NCBI GenBank assembly: GCA_963664875.1
Contig: OY761611.1
Span: 608,001 to 672,000 of the forward strand
From: Candidatus Kapaibacterium sp.
Lineage (GTDB): Bacteria; Bacteroidota; Ignavibacteria; Kapaibacteriales; UBA2268
Reading direction: 5' to 3'
DNA length: 64,000 bases
This document shows positions 42,240 through 52,400 of the stretch, piece by piece. Position numbers and translations under genes: made by a program. The notes beneath the pieces were generated by a model, which saw only the letters and a list, made by a program, of their open reading frames with translations, ran no database searches and had not been told where the DNA came from. Numbering within the stretch: the stretch's first letter is position 1; each line of letters starts with the position of its first letter.

Positions 42240-42290
42240 AATGCTTCCTCTATGCAATAAACACAATCCCCCGCACAGAGCAAAAGCATT
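42240..42290 (-). other. Long G-U-rich hairpin in the alr 5' region
   Basis: Minus strand AAUGCUUU-UG-CUCUGUGCGG...UUGCAUAGAG-GAAGCAUU pairs over about 18 bp; no U-tract. Confidence 0.5.
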
Positions 42291-42365
42291 AAGTAAATAT
42301 AATACTCATACAAAAATATATAAATACTTTGTTCTTTACTAATACAAAATCTTCTAAAGAACTAT

Positions 42366-44105
42366 ATGCTAAACAAAAATCAAATACTATATTTATTGAC
42401 TTTTATTTGCCTGACTATACTTGTAAATAGTTGTGCAAGCGTTGATACTTGTACTGAAGAACGAAAAAACGGGAACCTTGGTTCACTATTTAACTCAGTT
42501 GATGACGAATTCTCCCCTTTTATTATTGAGGATATCATGTATTTCACTTCTCAGTCTAAAACCGAACAAGGAAAAGAAGAAGAAATACTCAAGATTGATT
42601 TGACAAAAAACTTTAAACCACAGGTAGTAAACGACTTACCACTAAAAGAATTTGAGATAGCTGGTTTGCCTTCGTTTTTCAAAAACAAAGACGGAAATCT
42701 CGAAATATTTTTTGCTGCTATGAACACTAATGCTGAAAGAATTAACTCGGATATATATCACTCAGTTTTGAAAAATGGAATCTGGAGCAAACCTGAAAGA
42801 CTTAGTATCAATACTTTGAATTATGAGTCGCATCCACATATTTCAAAAGATGGAAAAACATTGCTATTTACATCAGATCGGCCCGGCGGTATAGGCGGTC
42901 TTGACATTTATGCTGCCGTTAAAAGCGGAGACGATTTCGTTGAAGTTCAAAACTTAGGTGATATTATTAATTCAGATAAAGACGAAAAGTCTCCTTATCT
43001 TGATGAAAACGACAACTTACTTTTCGCAAGCAACGGCCATGGAGCTAAGAGTTATGATATATTCAAAGCAATATACGACAACGAAGGCAATATTGATTTA
43101 AGACCTCTCCCAAGTCCTATAAACACAGAATACAATGAACTCGGTCCGGCTATCTATAAAGAAGAAATATTTCTTACTTCAGACAGACTCGGCGGCTGTG
43201 GCGGTAAAGATATCTATGCTTTTGAATTGTGTGGTCCTGTATTTATGGAAGGTACAGTTTATTGCGAAGACGATAATATTCCAATAGCAGGACAGATATC
43301 CATTACAAATATCAATACAAAAGAAAAAAGAACTTTGGAAATTGATGATGACGGCAAAATATTTTTCAAAGCAAAATCAAATATTCCCTATTTATTGGAA
43401 TACAAAAATGCCTGTAACCCAAATTTGATGATTAAACAATACATTCCGGCACAATGCAATGAAGACAAGACAACTAAAGTGCAGCTAAACTTTAAAATCA
43501 ATCCTGAGATGCAATATTTTACTTTTGAAGAGTATGATATTCCATTCTTTGTTACTGGCTACTACAAACCAAATACCGGTGAAAACCTTAGCACATTAAA
43601 GATGAAGTTTGCGTATAATTTATTGGGAAATGACGATTCTACGAGATATATAGAGAACCCTGAAAGCAAGTATGATAAATATACACTTTTAGTAGAAAAA
43701 GCTCTTGATGAGGCTGTATTGTATGTAAAAGAGAGTTTAAATAATCTTGACTCAAAATGTAAAACAGAGAATAGAAAGTTAGAGATTAGAGTAGAAGGTT
43801 TTGCAGATCCTCGCCCATTTACAAACAAAGCTGTCTATGCTGACGTTCCGATAACATCTGCCGAATTAGGGATAAACGCATTTCCGGGCAATAAAATGGA
43901 CAATAAACTGCTTTCTTATCTTAGGGCTTATTTCACAGCAAAATACATAAATGATATGCTTGACAGGCAAAATGTAGATACTTCTAAACTTATTTGGCAA
44001 ATCGAAGGCAAAGGTGTTGATAAATCAAATGTGGACGATAAGCTGAAAAGAAGAGTAAATATTTCGATAAAGCCTATCAATTCAGATATCAGCATTTCAA
44101 AATAA
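42366..44105 (+). CDS. Lipoprotein with PD40 repeats and a degenerate OmpA-like C-terminus
   Basis: LVNSC lipobox, SDR.GG.GG.DIY repeats, EGFAD...N..LS.LRA...RRV. Confidence 0.75.
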   Translation: MLNKNQILYLLTFICLTILVNSCASVDTCTEERKNGNLGSLFNSVDDEFSPFIIEDIMYFTSQSKTEQGKEEEILKIDLTKNFKPQVVNDLPLKEFEIAGLPSFFKNKDGNLEIFFAAMNTNAERINSDIYHSVLKNGIWSKPERLSINTLNYESHPHISKDGKTLLFTSDRPGGIGGLDIYAAVKSGDDFVEVQNLGDIINSDKDEKSPYLDENDNLLFASNGHGAKSYDIFKAIYDNEGNIDLRPLPSPINTEYNELGPAIYKEEIFLTSDRLGGCGGKDIYAFELCGPVFMEGTVYCEDDNIPIAGQISITNINTKEKRTLEIDDDGKIFFKAKSNIPYLLEYKNACNPNLMIKQYIPAQCNEDKTTKVQLNFKINPEMQYFTFEEYDIPFFVTGYYKPNTGENLSTLKMKFAYNLLGNDDSTRYIENPESKYDKYTLLVEKALDEAVLYVKESLNNLDSKCKTENRKLEIRVEGFADPRPFTNKAVYADVPITSAELGINAFPGNKMDNKLLSYLRAYFTAKYINDMLDRQNVDTSKLIWQIEGKGVDKSNVDDKLKRRVNISIKPINSDISISK

Positions 44106-44108
44106 TAC

Positions 44109-44156
44109 AAATTGAGCCGAGATTTGCACACATAAGGCATAATCTCGGCTCAATTT
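44109..44156. terminator. Likely bidirectional terminator
   Basis: Perfect 16-bp inverted repeat AAATTGAGCCGAGATT / AATCTCGGCTCAATTT between convergent genes. Confidence 0.75.
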
Positions 44157-44197
44157 TATAAATTATATTAGATTCAAAACTTCGAATCAGAATAAAA

Positions 44198-46657
44198 CTA
44201 TTTCCCAAGTGCTTTCAAAACAGAATTGTAAACTTTATCCTTGAGCTTGTCATAGTCCAAATTAGCAGGATAAATCGGATCGAGAAATTTTACATTTATC
44301 TTCTTGAATGGTCTTGGAATTTTAGCACCTTTAGGCATTGCCTTATAGGCACCATCGATTGCAACAGGTATTACCGGAACTCCAAGCTCAGCACTTAATA
44401 TTGCAAATGTTTTTTTGAAATTCCCTAATTCACCGTCTCGAGAACGTGTCCCTTCAGGGAAAATAATTAAGTTTTTGCCTTTTTTAAGTACTTCAGCCAT
44501 TTTTTGTAAAGATTGTTTCAAATCTTTGTTTATATCAACGACTATCACATTATTTGTATTTGCAAGAAAACGATTTATTACGTTGTTTACATGCTTCTTT
44601 TTGGCGTAAAAGTATGTTTTTTTGAAATGCTTTTGTTTTAAAAACATGCTTACAAATAGACCATCAAAATAGCTTTGATGATTAGGAGCAAGTATGAAAG
44701 GTGTATCCGGAAGCTTTTCGTTCCCTTCGGCTTTAACTCTGAAATACAAAGAAAAGAACATTCTGCCTACATACTTAAAAAGACTATGAGTAAACCAGCT
44801 TTTAGGAAGTTTCAAATCAACTTTTTCTCTTAGTATTTCACTCCACTTAACACTATCTATCTCAATTTTCTGCTTTTTATCTGCGACAAACTTTGCAAGA
44901 TTTTCCACAGTAGGATGTTCAACAAAAGTGTCAGGAGTAATGTCTAAGCCAAATGTAGTATTTATGAATACCTGCAAACTAACAATATCAAGTGAATCTA
45001 AGCCTAAATCAAGTTCGATATGGTCAGTAGGATATACACTTGTATTTTTTTCACTGGCGATGAAATTACGTAAAAGTTCATATTCTTTGAAATTTGGCTC
45101 TTTGATTTCCGCTTTTTGAGCATTACTTTTTTTATCAGCAAGTTTGGCAAGCTCGTAACGTTTAATTTTCCCAAGTCGTGTTTTGGGCAACTCTTCGCTA
45201 ATACAATGAATTTTTTTGATTCTTTTATATGGAGCAACTTTTGAATTATATTTTTCGATGATTCCATGTAACAAAAATTCTTCAATATTTACGACGCCTT
45301 CCTCTTTGAGCTCTTTAAAATCGGGGCATATTATAGCTTTCAGGATATTGTCTTCCATATAAACGCCAATATCAGCAATCTGACGAGACATTTCTAATAT
45401 CTTGAATTCTATTTCTACAGGATTGATATTTTTTCCTGCCTCGGTTACTATAATTTCTTTTTTTCTACCTGTGATAAAAAGATTGCCATCTTTATCTAAA
45501 TGACCTAAATCACCGGTATAGAGCCATCCGTCTTTCAGAATTTCTGCGGTTTCTTCAGGCCTTTTATAATACCCCTTCATTACCTGAGGTCCTTTGCAGA
45601 TTACCTCTCCGTCAACTATTTTTATTTCAGTATTGGGCATAGCCGAACCTGAAGCGTTTATCACGGCTTTTCCGGGACGTGGAAAGGTTATCATCGGAGC
45701 CGCCTCAGTCATTCCGAAGCCTACAAGCAATTCGAACCCTAAGGTTCTATAGTCTTTTGATACTTCTTCGTCGATAGCCGCACCACCGCACACCATAAAG
45801 CGCATAGAATGACCAATTTTATCATGCACTTTCTTGAATAGTTTTTTAGAAAGAGTCTTTGAATCAATCATCTCGGCAATTTTGAAGACTGTCTTAGTTA
45901 CAATACTTGCATCAATTTTAGCTTTAATCCCATTGCGTACCATACTATAGAATCGTGGTACGCCTATAATCATGGTTAACTGATTATTCTCTAAAGTTTC
46001 CATCACGTCAGTAGATTTTAAAGAAGGGCTAAAGGTAGCTATTCCACCTACATATAGAGTAGCTATAACAGATCCCAGCAAAGGTAATATATGATGCATA
46101 GGAAGCAAGACTAAAACATTAGAATTGATGTCAAAAATACCTACTTCAGCAACTGCAACTATATTAGCATATAAATTTCTAAAGGTAAGCATCACGCCTT
46201 TGGGGCTTCCCGTGGTTCCCGAAGTGTATATAATTAGAGCAGTTTCTTCCATATCAACATCAGGAAACTCGAAGTTCGACTCTACAGGTTTTAGAGCGTC
46301 AGAATCATCAAAATTTACTATCTGGATATCATAATCTATACTTTCTACTGCTTTCTGTAATATTGCCAGATTAGAATTAGTAGTAAATATAAGGTCGGGT
46401 TTAGCATCATTTAGTACATAAGCAACTTCTTCAGGTTGAGACATAAAGTCTATTGGCACAAATATGTTATCTTCGAACCAAGATGCATACATAGCATATA
46501 CATATTCTAGTCTATTTTCTGAAAATATCGCTATTTTTTTGGATGGTTTATTCCTAACATAAACTCTTAGAGCTTCAATCATTTCGAAAAGCTCTGTATA
46601 GCTTACTTTTGTTTCTTTTAAAACTAATGCAGTTTTGTCATGCCTTTTTAAAAACAC
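44198..46657 (-). CDS. Trifunctional acyl-AMP ligase / carrier domain / PlsC-type acyltransferase
   Basis: YTSGTTGSPKG, GFGMTE, TGDLG; LGLDSLD phosphopantetheine site; NHQSYFD and FPEGTRS; GTG start. Confidence 0.88.
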   Translation of the reverse strand: MFLKRHDKTALVLKETKVSYTELFEMIEALRVYVRNKPSKKIAIFSENRLEYVYAMYASWFEDNIFVPIDFMSQPEEVAYVLNDAKPDLIFTTNSNLAILQKAVESIDYDIQIVNFDDSDALKPVESNFEFPDVDMEETALIIYTSGTTGSPKGVMLTFRNLYANIVAVAEVGIFDINSNVLVLLPMHHILPLLGSVIATLYVGGIATFSPSLKSTDVMETLENNQLTMIIGVPRFYSMVRNGIKAKIDASIVTKTVFKIAEMIDSKTLSKKLFKKVHDKIGHSMRFMVCGGAAIDEEVSKDYRTLGFELLVGFGMTEAAPMITFPRPGKAVINASGSAMPNTEIKIVDGEVICKGPQVMKGYYKRPEETAEILKDGWLYTGDLGHLDKDGNLFITGRKKEIIVTEAGKNINPVEIEFKILEMSRQIADIGVYMEDNILKAIICPDFKELKEEGVVNIEEFLLHGIIEKYNSKVAPYKRIKKIHCISEELPKTRLGKIKRYELAKLADKKSNAQKAEIKEPNFKEYELLRNFIASEKNTSVYPTDHIELDLGLDSLDIVSLQVFINTTFGLDITPDTFVEHPTVENLAKFVADKKQKIEIDSVKWSEILREKVDLKLPKSWFTHSLFKYVGRMFFSLYFRVKAEGNEKLPDTPFILAPNHQSYFDGLFVSMFLKQKHFKKTYFYAKKKHVNNVINRFLANTNNVIVVDINKDLKQSLQKMAEVLKKGKNLIIFPEGTRSRDGELGNFKKTFAILSAELGVPVIPVAIDGAYKAMPKGAKIPRPFKKINVKFLDPIYPANLDYDKLKDKVYNSVLKALGK

Positions 46658-46750
46658 TACGCAAACTCTATACTGTTAAAAAACATAAGATAAATATTTG
46701 GAACTTTATTTCAAATTTATTGATATTCATAATCCTGTCTATATACTGAC

Positions 46751-47347
46751 TTAAATATGAATATCATCGATAGAAAGACAAATTTTATTTTCCCAAGGAA
46801 TCATTGCATTAAAAAGTGCAATTTTAGAATATCTATCTAATTCATTGATATTTATATCTTTTATAGTTATTACATTTTGTTTAATAAGCTTTTCTCTCAT
46901 TATTCCCTTCAACAAAGGCGAACGAGGAGTAAACCATAATTCGCTATTCAGTAGTGCAATATTACAATAAGAAGTATCTGTTATTTTTTCGTTTTTGACT
47001 ATCAAAATATCATCGGCTTTATCTTTTTGATTGTATAGCACATTTATATTACCTCTATCTGCATATTTGAAATCATATCGAATATCATTATCCACTACAA
47101 CTTTTAGAGACTCTATTTTTTTTATGTTATACTTTTCTATCTGCGTATATAGACTATTGAAACCATAAACTATTCTATATTTGTATATCAATGCTTTATC
47201 TATTTGCTTGAGCTTAATATGCTTGCGAATGTCCGGCTCAATCTGCAATTTATGTCTTAGGATTGTTTGCTCAAATCTAAAGTTGTGATATTTTAAATTT
47301 TGAGCTTCTCCATTTGCAATTCTGATTGTTTCAATAAATTGGCACAT
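46751..47347 (-). CDS. pabC: Aminotransferase class IV, 4-amino-4-deoxychorismate lyase-like
   Basis: FIETI, H..R, KY.DR, ITDTS..N, LL.G.MR; overlaps pabB. Confidence 0.75.
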   Translation of the reverse strand: MCQFIETIRIANGEAQNLKYHNFRFEQTILRHKLQIEPDIRKHIKLKQIDKALIYKYRIVYGFNSLYTQIEKYNIKKIESLKVVVDNDIRYDFKYADRGNINVLYNQKDKADDILIVKNEKITDTSYCNIALLNSELWFTPRSPLLKGIMREKLIKQNVITIKDININELDRYSKIALFNAMIPWENKICLSIDDIHI

Positions 47348-48314
47348 ATATCTTATTATTTAATTCTTCGTATTCTTTTTGAGGATCACTATAAATAGTG
47401 ATACCGCCACCACTTTTGTAAAAATATCGTCCGTTTCTCTCCTCTATATACCTAATAAGAACACAACTGTCCATCTTTTGACCATCGAAATAACCGGCAA
47501 TCCCTGTGTAGAAACTTCTTGAATGTTTTTCTGATTTTTCAATTATCTCCAAGGTTTTCTTTTTTGGGGCTCCGGTAACAGAACCTGCGGGCAACATACT
47601 GAATATAATATCACCGATATAGTTCGAATATTCAGCTTCCAAATCCCCTGTTATTTCAGAACTTATCTGTATAAGCTTCTTATTTGAAGTCTGCAATATA
47701 TCATTATATCTATATTTAGAAACTTTTACATTTTTTGCAACTATACCAAGATCATTCCGCAACAAGTCAACGATAGTGTTGTGTTCTGCTGTTTCCTTTT
47801 TATCCTTTAATATTACACCCAGGGCATTTTCAATGTCTGCATCTATAGTTCCTTTCATTGGGTAAGTATAAATTTTAGAATTCTCTATCTTTACAAATGT
47901 CTCCGGAGAAAAGCAAACAAACCGGTTAGGAAAATAGAGTTTATACTTTGCTTTAGCAGATAAAAACACATCTAATAATGTTCCTTCTAATTCTATCTCA
48001 GTTTCCGAAGTCAGATTGCATAGATAAGAATTGCCATAGAGCAAATTTTCACGAACTATATCAAACGAATTTTTGTAATCTACATAATCCACAAATTTGC
48101 AGTCCTTTATAAATGCAGTTTTGGGGTCATGAGAGTTATTTGAATAATTGGATACACCATCAAAATCATATAACACTTCAGAGCTTTTTACTTCAGAAAG
48201 AGGTAAAATAATATTAGATTGCATATCGTAGGAGATAATAAAAAGGAATGCTTCCTTTTTAGCACCTAATTCGTTAAGTTTTGATATTGAAGCATCTTTA
48301 GAGAAGTATATCAT
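47331..48314 (-). CDS. pabB: Aminodeoxychorismate synthase component I (short form)
   Basis: GNSY..NL, FSPE.F, PMKGT, KE.AEH.TIVDLLRNDL, PAGSVTGAPK, GGGIT. Confidence 0.88.
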   Translation of the reverse strand: MIYFSKDASISKLNELGAKKEAFLFIISYDMQSNIILPLSEVKSSEVLYDFDGVSNYSNNSHDPKTAFIKDCKFVDYVDYKNSFDIVRENLLYGNSYLCNLTSETEIELEGTLLDVFLSAKAKYKLYFPNRFVCFSPETFVKIENSKIYTYPMKGTIDADIENALGVILKDKKETAEHNTIVDLLRNDLGIVAKNVKVSKYRYNDILQTSNKKLIQISSEITGDLEAEYSNYIGDIIFSMLPAGSVTGAPKKKTLEIIEKSEKHSRSFYTGIAGYFDGQKMDSCVLIRYIEERNGRYFYKSGGGITIYSDPQKEYEELNNKIYVPIY

Positions 48315-48315
48315 A

Positions 48316-48894
48316 TTGACAGCAAATCCTAAAATAATACTTATAGATAATGAAGACTCATTTACGTATAATATAGTACAAGTGATACAATCTATTGGCT
48401 ATTCTGTATATGTTATGTCATATACTAATATAGATTTGGAAAGAATAAACGTATATAACAATATCATCATCTCTCCCGGTCCTGATGTACCATCAGCATA
48501 CCCAAATATATTCAAGCTTTTGGACAGATACAAAATAAATAAAAAAATATTGGGAATTTGTCTTGGCTGTCAAGCGATTGGTGAATATTTTGGTGCTCAA
48601 CTCAAACAAATGAGTTATCCGATGCATGGCATCAAATCTTTGATTTCCGTCGATACGGATGATATATTATATAAAAATATCGGAGAAAGTATTGAAGTAG
48701 GGAGATATCACTCATGGATAATAGATAATTCTACCCTCCCATTAGAGCTACAACAAACAGCTATAGATACTGAAAATAGTATTATGTCTATTTCGCATAA
48801 TTCATATCACATCAAGGGAGTACAATACCATCCTGAATCAATCATGACTCCTCGTGGTGCTGATATTTTGCAAAATTGGATTGAATCAGATTAG
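48316..48894 (+). CDS. pabA: Glutamine amidotransferase, ADC/anthranilate synthase component II
   Basis: IDN.DSFTYN, SPGP, GICLG.Q, RYHS, QYHPES; TTG start. Confidence 0.85.
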   Translation: MTANPKIILIDNEDSFTYNIVQVIQSIGYSVYVMSYTNIDLERINVYNNIIISPGPDVPSAYPNIFKLLDRYKINKKILGICLGCQAIGEYFGAQLKQMSYPMHGIKSLISVDTDDILYKNIGESIEVGRYHSWIIDNSTLPLELQQTAIDTENSIMSISHNSYHIKGVQYHPESIMTPRGADILQNWIESD

Positions 48895-49389
48895 ATATTT
48901 TTTAAACCAAAGCATATCTTCTCCATCATATCTCGTATGGTATTCCATTCTGACAGGTTTGTAACCTCTTTTAATTGCAGTGATTAGCATTGGTTGATTG
49001 TCACAAAAAACTCCAAATCGAATTGCTTTAAATCCGCAATCAATAGCATCTTGCTCAGTAAAATCTAACAACCTACTTCCGACTTTATTATGCCGGTACT
49101 TTTTATCGACAACCAAAGCAATAATTTCGTAGTTAAATTCTCTATTTTTCTGAACTGCAGCAACTGCTATAATATGATCATCGTGCCATACCAAATGGTA
49201 TTCAATATGTTTTGAAACAATTGACGAAAGCCATTCATGCACTTGTTCTTCACTAAAATGAATACCTGAAAAGCTAAGATATTTGATATTTTCTGGGTCA
49301 TTAAGCAGTTTTAGATACCCTGACTTAAATTCCTCTATCAAATCCAGTGTAGATTCTTTGTCAAATTTTGATATAGTGATGTTGTTCAT
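48886..49389 (-). CDS. GNAT family N-acetyltransferase
   Basis: LVVDKKYRHNKVGSRLL acetyl-CoA motif A; N.P......KRGY. Confidence 0.8.
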   Translation of the reverse strand: MNNITISKFDKESTLDLIEEFKSGYLKLLNDPENIKYLSFSGIHFSEEQVHEWLSSIVSKHIEYHLVWHDDHIIAVAAVQKNREFNYEIIALVVDKKYRHNKVGSRLLDFTEQDAIDCGFKAIRFGVFCDNQPMLITAIKRGYKPVRMEYHTRYDGEDMLWFKKYLI

Positions 49390-49397
49390 AAATTATC

Positions 49398-49431
49398 AAA
49401 AAAGGAGTTTATAATACTATACAAACTCCTT
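49398..49431 (-). terminator. Intrinsic terminator after the second MCP
   Basis: Minus strand AAGGAGTTTGTA / TATAAACTCCTT followed by T-run. Confidence 0.75.
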
Positions 49432-49457
49432 ATAAGAGATTTTAGTGCCGAAAAAAA

Positions 49458-52400
49458 CTATTGTGGTAGTCTCTTATATTGAGTATAACCTTGTTGATTA
49501 TAATCATTGGAAATCTTAACACTTGACTCTACCTTAAACTTAGAAATAAGAATGTTTAGCTCATTAGATAATTCACTTACGATTTTGGTAGCATTAACAA
49601 TATCTTCTATTTGAGCTGCACTATCAGCAGTTACTCGCGAAATTTCAGTCATGTTTTTAGCTACTTCTTCAGCAGTTGCTGATTGTTCTTCGTTAGATGA
49701 AGCAATTGCATTTACCATGTCTAAAACCTCTTTGGAGCTGATCACAATTTCGTTTAGAGCAGATCCTGCCTTATCCGCCAGTTCTATACCGTTTTGAACT
49801 TCTTTTGTGCCTATATTCATAGCATCAACAGCATTTTTAGTTTCATTTTGGATGCCACTTATCATTCCGGCAATCTCCTTTGTAGCTTCTGTTGTCCTTT
49901 CAGCAAGTTTTCGTACTTCATCGGCGACAACTGCAAAACCTCTACCTTGTTCTCCTGCTCTTGCTGCTTCTATAGCAGCATTGAGGGCTAATAGATTTGT
50001 CTGGTCAGCAATATCATCAATAACAGAAATGATTTCACCAATTTTTTGCCCTGATTCACCTAATTTGATAATATTATCTGCAGATTGTTTAACGACTTTA
50101 GCAATGTCTTGCATTTTCTTAACAGTATCTTTCACAATCAACCCTCCACCTTCAGCAATCTGTTGATTTTTTAAAGCAACATGTGATGTTTTGGCAGCGT
50201 TTGTAGCGTTATCTGTAACTGTTCTCGACATTTCTTCTATAGCAGCCGCAACTTCTTCTGCTTGGTGTGATTGTTCCTGAGAGGCAGCAGCCATAGATTC
50301 CATTGTTGATAAATTTTGATTTGAAGCAGACGATACCTGATGAACTGTTTCTGATACTTGGCTTATTAGTTCGCCTAAAGTGGAGACTACAGTGTTTAAA
50401 GTATCTTGAGTACTTTATGTTCGCCATCGTATTCACCCAACATCATTTTTCTCAAATCACCCTGCGACATTAGTTTAAGAATCTCTCCGGCGTTATCCAA
50501 AACGTCAGCTTGTGCAATAGCTAAACGATCGGCTTCACCTTTAGATTCAGAAACAATATCTAATGTTCTATGGACGCCTTGTATCACTTTTTTGAAATCA
50601 CCATAATGAAGATCTTCATTAGCTCGTGTTTCTAATTGATTGTGGAAAGCAGCCTCAGCAAGCATATTAGCATCGTTGACTAATTGTTCAATAGCTGTAA
50701 TACAGCGATTTAAGTTTTCTTTAAGATGATTAAAATCGCCTTCCCATTTTTCTGTAATCATATCAGGTAAATTACCTTCACTAATGTCAGTTACATATTG
50801 TGCAGCCAAAGTAAGGGGAGTCACAATATTATCTAAAGTTTGATTTACACCAATGACAACATTTCTAAACTCACCTGTATGTTTATTTATGTCCGCTCTT
50901 GTACTTAGTGTGCCTTTATGAGCTGCAGAAGCTAACATTTTGACATCATCAACTAATGCCATCAAGTTTTCTCTGATCTTATTCATAGCATTAGTCAAGA
51001 TAATTTGTTTCCCTGGTAGTTTTCTCATTGATTTGCTTAGATTACCATCGGCATACATATCTATAATCTCTATTGCTTCTACAACAGGTTCAGCGATAGA
51101 ATCTAAAGCCTTATTTACTCCTGACATAATTTCAAGATAAAGACCTTCCATGCCGGTGATGTCACATCTTGAAGTGATTTCGCCATTTTTCTGTTCTTCA
51201 ATTGTATGTAGAAGATTTTTGTTCATTGTGCTAAAAACCTCGATTAGGCTATTCAAATTGATAATTAGTTTAGAAAAATCTCCTTCAAAATTATTCTCAA
51301 TTCTTGGAGGCAGAGTACCTTTAGATAAACTATCAATACTAATCAGAGCAACATTTAAAGGATTTGCAAATGCTTCGATAGTGCTGTTGATGCCAAGTGT
51401 AATTTTGTTCCAATTGCCCGGATACTTATTAGTATCTATGTTGGTTGATGTATCTCCTGACACTGCATTTGCCGCTGCATTAGCAAGATCTTTATTAAGT
51501 TCATCAAGAAAACTCTTAAGAGTATTCATACCGGTATAAGCAATAGCATAAGCACCTTTGGCATCAGGTTTTGTCATGGTCGAAGTCTCTTGACCTTGAG
51601 CTACTTTATTTAGAAATTCTGTTGCATCTTTTAAAGGTTCGGACATCTTATCTAAAGTGGTATTGACACCATGTACAATCGATCTAAATTCGCCATGATG
51701 GAAAGTCTCGTCTGCTCTAACATCTAATATTCCGTGTGCAGCAGCTTCGTTTAGTTTGTTTGAATCTGAAACTAACAAACCAATGGCATCTATACAAGTA
51801 TTGAGATTGTTTTTTAGTTCGTTGAAATCGCCTTTGTATTCATCAACAATTTTAGGAGGCAAATCTCCTTTAGAAATTCTATCTACATATTCGGCAGCTA
51901 CATTAAGAGGTAAAATGAGATTATTTAATGTCTCATTAAATCCTTCCGCTACTTTGACAAAATCACCTTTATGTTTGGAAACATCTATTCTTTTATCAAG
52001 TTTACCATCAGTAGCAGCCTGAGACATTTCCACAACATCACCGATAAGTTCATTCAAAGGATTAACTATGTTATCCAAAGTTGCATTGATACCCAGCAAT
52101 AGTGTCCTAAATTCTCCCTGTTGCATATCTGCATCTGCACGTTTGCTAAAATCATAATTTGCAGCAGCAGATGACATTGTTTTAGTGTCAGAGACTAATC
52201 TGTTAACGGTATCAATGAGGTGATTCAAATTGTTTTTGATCTCATTAAAATCGCCTTTATAATCTTCAGTTACTTTAGGCGGGATATCCCCTTTCGAGAC
52301 TCTGTCAACATATTCAGCCACGACATTAAGAGGCTGAACAAAAGCGTTAATCAAGTCATTTATATTTTCGATAATAGATTTGAAATCAATGATGACTGCT

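Noticed and set aside
42196-42290. 31-codon ORF (MLLLCAGDCVYC...) in the alr leader as a leader peptide
   Set aside because: No SD, no amino-acid run relevant to alr and no terminator; better explained as a by-product of the hairpin.
50394-50401. Programmed ribosomal frameshift in the second MCP (TTTAAAC heptamer and prfB-like CTT TAA at the stop)
   Set aside because: The heptamer is phased TT TAA AC in the upstream frame, not T TTA AAC, so a canonical -1 slip does not fit. A prfB-like +1 shift enters the junk frame (FKHCSL...), not the MCP frame.
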